From Candidatus Latescibacterota bacterium (GTDB taxonomy: Bacteria; Latescibacterota; UBA2968; UBA8231): a stretch of DNA of 64,000 nucleotides. Positions 58,880-64,000 of the stretch are shown here, one piece after another (the stretch's first letter is position 1; the number at the start of each line of letters is the position of its first letter). The stretch spans positions 5,088,001 through 5,152,000 of the forward strand of contig OZ241867.1 in assembly GCA_965203175.1 (NCBI GenBank), in the 5' to 3' direction. Made by a program: the position numbers and the translations under genes. The notes under the pieces were generated by a model. The model was given only the letters and a program-made list of their open reading frames with translations, did not search any database and was not told the origin of the DNA.

Positions 58880-58908
58880 ATTATGGTGGTTTCACCATAA
58901 TCACACAA
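58880..58908 (-). promoter_or_regulatory. TA promoter with palindromic operator; probably leaderless
   Basis: Perfect 9-bp inverted repeat ATTATGGTG-GTTT-CACCATAAT (58880-58901); minus strand TTGTGT-17nt-CATAAT-5nt-ATG. Confidence 0.75.
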
Positions 58909-58931
58909 GCCCCATGTTGACGGCAAGGGCC

Positions 58932-59909
58932 TCAAAGATCCTCGACCTTTTCTACAAATCTTTCGATCGCCTTACCTCCGACAAACTCATCCTTTATATC
59001 AAAGGCATTACCCAACAACTCGGTATAATGATCAATAACACTGCTATCCCGATTGACAATGTATAGCTCCTTCCTACAGCCGCGTACTCCGTCATGGAGG
59101 AACAGGCGAACAGCCAAGTCGGTCATCGGGAGTGAATATCCAATAATGAAGAGCCTAGTTGCCGTGCATAGAGACGACAAGGCTTGAGTCCAAATACGCT
59201 TCAATGACTCGTGCTGGAAAAACCCGACTTTTTCTGTCGTCGGCGGAACGATTAGAGGCACCTTGTCTCTTACCGCCTGCTTTGAGCCACTTTCCCTTGA
59301 AGAATTGGCAACCCATCCTTCAAGAGTGCTGTAGTAAATCACCTCCCCGGTGGATTCAGAAGTACCTGAATAGTACCAGTTAGTTGATCCGTGTAGCTTG
59401 AACAGTGTAAAAGAGTCCACAGGCCTCATCGGGCTTGCGACAGCCACGTTCACTCCGCCCCTTTTAGTAGAGAGTTCGAGTCTCACAGGGTAGATATGTT
59501 CAGCCTTGATCTTGTCAATACTATTAACTGCGACTCGTTCTACCAGAGTGTCATAGTTGAGGCTAATGACCTCAGCCTGATTTTTGTGCCAATGCTGCGT
59601 CAGTGTAAGTAACCAGCTTGGGCATTCGTCCAGGACTGCTAATTGCTCCTTCTCATCAAGAACCTTCTTGATCTCTTCCGTAATATCCAGTGCCAATGCT
59701 CGATTCCTCAAGTTTTCTGATTCACGGAGCCACGGATGAGGTTGGCTAAGGTAAGAAAGCCAGATTTCTATATTGTCGCCGATAGTCGAAAGAGACTCTG
59801 GCAGATCGGAAAGTCTCCCCCGGATCTGGCTACTGAGTTCTTGGAGCAGAGGCATATCATCTGACACGGCCTTTGAAAACCCAGCTCCTAGCAAAAACAC
59901 GTCACCCAT
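58932..59909 (-). CDS. SIR2-like domain protein (putative NADase defence effector)
   Basis: FLLGAGFS, SLNYDTLVE, KLHGS.NW, IVPP..K, IIGYSLP.TD; AT-richer than its neighbours. Confidence 0.85.
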   Translation of the reverse strand: MGDVFLLGAGFSKAVSDDMPLLQELSSQIRGRLSDLPESLSTIGDNIEIWLSYLSQPHPWLRESENLRNRALALDITEEIKKVLDEKEQLAVLDECPSWLLTLTQHWHKNQAEVISLNYDTLVERVAVNSIDKIKAEHIYPVRLELSTKRGGVNVAVASPMRPVDSFTLFKLHGSTNWYYSGTSESTGEVIYYSTLEGWVANSSRESGSKQAVRDKVPLIVPPTTEKVGFFQHESLKRIWTQALSSLCTATRLFIIGYSLPMTDLAVRLFLHDGVRGCRKELYIVNRDSSVIDHYTELLGNAFDIKDEFVGGKAIERFVEKVEDL

Positions 59910-59940
59910 CGCGAGACTTCCTTCTCTTGCTTCGAGGGGA

Positions 59941-61119
59941 TCATTTTTCCGCCCCAGCATCGAGCGCACGCACCGCGGCAATGGCCTCGGCAATCCACCT
60001 GAGATTGCGCCGGGAAATCATGCCGTAATTGTAATAAGAGAATCGGCGCGCGCCCGCTTCGTAAATCGCAGTAATGATCTCGCGCATTTGTTCGGCGCTG
60101 TCTATGGGCTTGTGGCCATTCAAACCGCAGATCAGCATGGACGGATCGTCCATGCCGGCTAGGGTCTCCTGCGCCCTTTGGCTGGCCTCCTCCGGCGAGT
60201 CGCTGTAGCACAAGACATTGACCCAATCGACGATCTTTTCGATGGGTTTGCGGTCGATGCCGTTGTTGTAATAGTTGCCCATGTACAAAAAAGAAACGGG
60301 CATTTTCACGGCCTCTTTCACCTCCGCGGCCAGCGACGTCACAGTATCCGCGCGCATCTTTACGTATTCGTGCACCAAAGGCTCGTCAGCGACGAATTCT
60401 TCCACGCTGCACTCCGGCGGCCCCTCCTCGAAAATGTCCAAGAGCCACTTTTCCACCTTGCTCTTCAACTCCCCCACATCCAAACCCCTGTCCTCAGCCC
60501 GCTGCGTACACCCATCGCAAAAGCACAGCGACATCAACAGCGATCCCACCGCCCCGAGTTCGACTCCCACCTTGGCATGGTTGCGGAACATGCCAAAGCT
60601 CATGTAGTGGAGGGACTCGTACTCGATCATCTGCACACCGCAATTGGTGGCCAAATCCAAGCTTAAGCCTAGTACGTACTCCCGCACCTCGGGATTGGCC
60701 GGGCACAGACAACCCGGATAGCGATCCCCGAACACACCGAGCAGAGCGCAGTCTGGCCGCTGCCTAGCCATGTAGTGGTTGTGCAGGGGCACAGTCCACG
60801 AAATCAGTTCCAAACCGCGTGCGTGGCAGGCCTCGGCGATGATCCGCACTGGATCTTGTTCCTTGGCCATAGGATGCACGTTCGGCTTGATCTTGGTGCC
60901 CTGGTACAGCTCGCTCTGGGGTTGGAAATAGATGGAGTCCTCGTACCCGGAAAAGAGCTTTTTGCCGGGCATGTGGGTGCGTAGCTCATCGTAGGTGTGA
61001 TAGACCGTGGACAGGCTGATCGCATCCAGCCCGACCTCTTCTTTGAGGAAGCCGATGACGCGATCCACCCCCTCGTCGATCACATCCCAGGGATAGGTCC
61101 ACATAGTCGTATGGATCAT
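59941..61119 (-). CDS. Glycoside-hydrolase-like TIM-barrel protein
   Basis: WTYPWD, YH, W.V.LHN, LCPANPEVREY, CFCDGC, YYNYG. Confidence 0.7.
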   Translation of the reverse strand: MIHTTMWTYPWDVIDEGVDRVIGFLKEEVGLDAISLSTVYHTYDELRTHMPGKKLFSGYEDSIYFQPQSELYQGTKIKPNVHPMAKEQDPVRIIAEACHARGLELISWTVPLHNHYMARQRPDCALLGVFGDRYPGCLCPANPEVREYVLGLSLDLATNCGVQMIEYESLHYMSFGMFRNHAKVGVELGAVGSLLMSLCFCDGCTQRAEDRGLDVGELKSKVEKWLLDIFEEGPPECSVEEFVADEPLVHEYVKMRADTVTSLAAEVKEAVKMPVSFLYMGNYYNNGIDRKPIEKIVDWVNVLCYSDSPEEASQRAQETLAGMDDPSMLICGLNGHKPIDSAEQMREIITAIYEAGARRFSYYNYGMISRRNLRWIAEAIAAVRALDAGAEK

Positions 61120-61164
61120 GGGAATAGCTCCTTTTTCGTCAAATGGCGAGTAGTGTCAATCCCC

Positions 61165-62085
61165 TCAGTGTCCAGCGGACTGTTCCGCCTGCCACACCCG
61201 CCAATAACCCCGCAGACGTCGGGTAAAATCTCGCGGCCGTTCCAAGTAGATGCGCTCGGCCAGCAAACACGCCTCGGCCTGCTTCCGGGCACGCACCTCG
61301 CCAATCCGACTTTCCAACGCCTGCAGTGTGGCCGTGGCTCCAGCCCTCGGAAACTCGGCCAGAACCGTAGTGCGCAATACCGCTAGGTCGTGATCCTGGC
61401 CCAGCAACTCCCCTAGCTGGTCCAGTTCCTCGACCAAAGCCTGCATAACCGACGGCCAGATATTCTCCAGTATCTGGGCGTGGTACCACAGGTACTTGGC
61501 CTGCTTGCGCCAGTCGTGGAATGCCTCGTCGCTGGGCAGCGCGTAGGCTGCGGCAAAGTCGCGTCGGCCCCGTGCGTATATTCGCTGCAACCCCACCCGG
61601 ATCCCTCCCCAGCCCTGGCGTTGCAGATTCCAATTCTCCAGGCGCTCCCTGGCCTGCGTGAGATTGGCGACCACCTCCTGAACGGCCCGATCGCTGCTAG
61701 CCACTTGGCCATAGACCTGGTCGCGGCGCTCCACCAGCCATACCCGCACCCGGGCGAATCGGCTCTTCGGCACGTCTTTGCCCAGCGATTCCACCAAGCG
61801 ATCCACGGTCTCGATCAAAACCGTGGCATCGCGCAGCTCCGAAAGCCGCTGTCCGGCATCCCGATAGCACTGGTTTTCCAAGGCGTACACCTCGTCTCCC
61901 AGTTCGCGGCGGACCAGACGCACCAAGGCCCGCAGGCGCTTGGTGGCCTTGCGGGCCTCGTGGATGTGCTTGTCTCGTTTCTCTTCCTGGCACGCGAGGT
62001 GTTCAAGGGCCTTGTCAAGCTGTTCGGCAGCCATCCGCCGCACCCCTTCGGGCGCGCTTTCTCCCCGTTTCAGGCGATATTCCAT
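61165..62085 (-). CDS. CHAD domain (polyphosphate-binding) protein
   Basis: IHEARKATKRLRA, FHDWRK..KYLWY, LGQDHDL. Confidence 0.92.
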   Translation of the reverse strand: MEYRLKRGESAPEGVRRMAAEQLDKALEHLACQEEKRDKHIHEARKATKRLRALVRLVRRELGDEVYALENQCYRDAGQRLSELRDATVLIETVDRLVESLGKDVPKSRFARVRVWLVERRDQVYGQVASSDRAVQEVVANLTQARERLENWNLQRQGWGGIRVGLQRIYARGRRDFAAAYALPSDEAFHDWRKQAKYLWYHAQILENIWPSVMQALVEELDQLGELLGQDHDLAVLRTTVLAEFPRAGATATLQALESRIGEVRARKQAEACLLAERIYLERPRDFTRRLRGYWRVWQAEQSAGH

Positions 62086-62130
62086 GTCTTGTTTTTTTGT
62101 GCTTCCCACTGCGAGGTTGCGCAGCGTTCG

Positions 62131-63159
62131 TCAGCCCCTCGGCAGCGGCAACTCCACCTTCGCATTTCCCTCGACCTGCGACTGTAGCGCAGCTACCATG
62201 ATCTCCAACACGTACCGGCCGCGCACAGCCGGCGACGAACTGCGCGCCTCGCCCTGTATCGCCTGCGCCAACTCCTGCACAGCCGGGATCAAGTTCGCGC
62301 CAAACGGACTGGCATACCCACGGCCCGGCGGCGGCGGCACCGCCTCGGGCGTCCCCTCAGAGGTGTCGGTCTTCCAAGCCATGCACTGCTGATCGGTCAG
62401 CCAGAAGCGACCGTCTGTGCCCTGTAAGTCCAACTCGAACATCTGCGGCGTCCGCTTGGCGCAATTGATCAGCCCGCGCACCCCATTGGCAAACTCCACG
62501 ATGATCGTCGATCCGGGATCGAATTGCGGATCCCTGCCACCCCGACCGTCGTACACCGGGCCGTAGTCTTCAAACCCGCGCTCGTGCGCAGCGATTACCC
62601 ACACCGGCTCGGCGTCCGCAAAAAAGCACACCGCATCAACCAAGTGCGTCCCATTGCGGAAGAGCATGGCGCGATGACCGCCGAGATGCGCCACAATCCT
62701 CGTCAAGCTGCCGATCTCGCCGCTGCGGATGGCCGTGCGCACGGCCTGATAGGAGGGCAGCCAACTGCGCGTGTGATCGACCGACAACACCGCGTTGTGG
62801 CGAGTGAGCGCATCGATGATGCGGTCGGCGTCCTCCGCAGTGGTCGCCAGCGGCTTCTCGCAGAAAATGCCGCGCACACCCGCGTCCACCGCATCGCAGA
62901 CCGGGTCGGCGTGGAGGTGATCCGGGGTGGCCACGCTCACCACGTCGAGGCGTTCCTGCGCCAACATCTCGCGGTAATCCGAGTATTCGGCGACCGATCC
63001 TCGTTCGATCTCAGCCCGTTCGTAAAAACGCGTCAACACCTCCGGGTTTATATCGCAGACCGCCACGAATTCGTACTCCGGGGCGCGGGCGTACGCGTAT
63101 CCATGCCCCCCACCCACGCCAGCACCAATAACAGCCGCACGCAACTTGCCTTCAGCCAT
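62131..63159 (-). CDS. Gfo/Idh/MocA oxidoreductase
   Basis: AAVIGAG, VATPDHLH, FCEKPLA, NGTHLVD. Confidence 0.92.
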   Translation of the reverse strand: MAEGKLRAAVIGAGVGGGHGYAYARAPEYEFVAVCDINPEVLTRFYERAEIERGSVAEYSDYREMLAQERLDVVSVATPDHLHADPVCDAVDAGVRGIFCEKPLATTAEDADRIIDALTRHNAVLSVDHTRSWLPSYQAVRTAIRSGEIGSLTRIVAHLGGHRAMLFRNGTHLVDAVCFFADAEPVWVIAAHERGFEDYGPVYDGRGGRDPQFDPGSTIIVEFANGVRGLINCAKRTPQMFELDLQGTDGRFWLTDQQCMAWKTDTSEGTPEAVPPPPGRGYASPFGANLIPAVQELAQAIQGEARSSSPAVRGRYVLEIMVAALQSQVEGNAKVELPLPRG

Positions 63160-63173
63160 TTTTCGTTCCTTTC

Positions 63174-63998
63174 TCAAGTGTTCATGCGCTCGCGCACAAA
63201 AGCCGCTGACGCCGCCACCTGCTCCTCTTCGAGACTGTGCAATATCAACGACCCGTCAAAGCCTATCTGCCGCAAGCACGCCAAGTAGTGATCGTAGTCG
63301 AGCAACCCCGTACCCGCAGCTTGATGCCCGACGTCGCCGTCCTGTTCCAAGTCCTTGGCGTGAGCCAGCCGAATCGAATCCCCGAGCAAGTCGAACGCCT
63401 CGTCTAAGACTTCGCGCATCCTCGGCAACTGGCCAGCGTGGAACAGATTGGCCCCATCGACAACCACCTGCAAATGCTCGGATCGCACCTCGTCGAGCAA
63501 GCGCCGCGCCTTCTGCGCCGAATCCACTACATTGTTGACCTCCGGCTCGAATACAAGAGTCGCACTTTGTGCTTCGGCGATTTCCACGGCTTCTCCCATA
63601 GCCTCAACCATCTCAGCCCATGCGGCCGGCGTGCTGTTGTCGGGATGGCCACCCCATAGCCAGTCGGGGTTGCGTGTGCCCGTGCAGGAAGTGATCAACT
63701 CAGTGCCCAACTTGCCGCTTGCAGAGGTCAGCGCAGCGAGCCACTGCATCCCAGCGCGGCGCTTTTCCGAGTCGGGGTCGATGATGTTGAAGGTCCCCGA
63801 CAGCGCTGCGATCTCAATGCCGCGCGTTGCGTGTGCAGAGAGAATCCTCTCGCAATCTGCATCCGTCAGCACCGCCGGATCAATGTCCGCAGCCGTCAAA
63901 TCGAGCTGCACAGCCTCCAAGCCAGCGGCCTGCACCCCGTCGAGGCTCTCCTCCAACGTCGGCCGCTCAAAAACCTTGTGGAAAATCCCTAGCTTCAT
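63174..63998 (-). CDS. Sugar phosphate isomerase/epimerase (xylose-isomerase-like TIM barrel)
   Basis: FEPE, DGAN, AHAKD, GTGLLDY. Confidence 0.9.
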   Translation of the reverse strand: MKLGIFHKVFERPTLEESLDGVQAAGLEAVQLDLTAADIDPAVLTDADCERILSAHATRGIEIAALSGTFNIIDPDSEKRRAGMQWLAALTSASGKLGTELITSCTGTRNPDWLWGGHPDNSTPAAWAEMVEAMGEAVEIAEAQSATLVFEPEVNNVVDSAQKARRLLDEVRSEHLQVVVDGANLFHAGQLPRMREVLDEAFDLLGDSIRLAHAKDLEQDGDVGHQAAGTGLLDYDHYLACLRQIGFDGSLILHSLEEEQVAASAAFVRERMNT

Positions 63999-64000
63999 TT

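Noticed and set aside
1-64000. tRNA, rRNA, known riboswitch, integrase or transposase
   Set aside because: None was recognisable by eye; tRNAscan-SE and Infernal would be needed to exclude them fully.

Overview
GC-rich bacterial chromosome segment with no rRNA, tRNA, CRISPR array or transposase visible. The gene content points to a marine-sponge symbiont of the Poribacteria/Latescibacterota type (inference): a sup-type PKS, three PhyH dioxygenases, a LamG protein, a DUF6785-like membrane protein, sulfatase and sulfotransferase genes, and tandem redoxins. The centrepiece is a sup fatty-acid/polyketide locus at 13097-25342 (PKS KS-AT-DH-cMT-ER-KR-ACP-KS-AT*, ACP, PPTase, hydrolase). It is bracketed by two paralogous orphan LivJ-type binding lipoproteins and an NCS2 permease fused to a degenerate GHKL/anti-sigma-like domain. 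The rest is mainly sugar-acid and sulfate metabolism with single inserted genes (HsdR-N nuclease, orphan DNA methyltransferase, SIR2, toxin-antitoxin pair, coiled-coil gene). The most unexpected signals are: (i) two cargo genes, each lying between an intact host gene and a short duplicated remnant of that same gene's end; (ii) the binding protein/permease-GHKL module around sup; (iii) three adjacent PhyH enzymes with three different iron-ligand motifs, one halogenase-like; (iv) an orphan sigma54-type promoter next to a MITE-like element. All product calls come from reading motifs by eye; no database searches were run.
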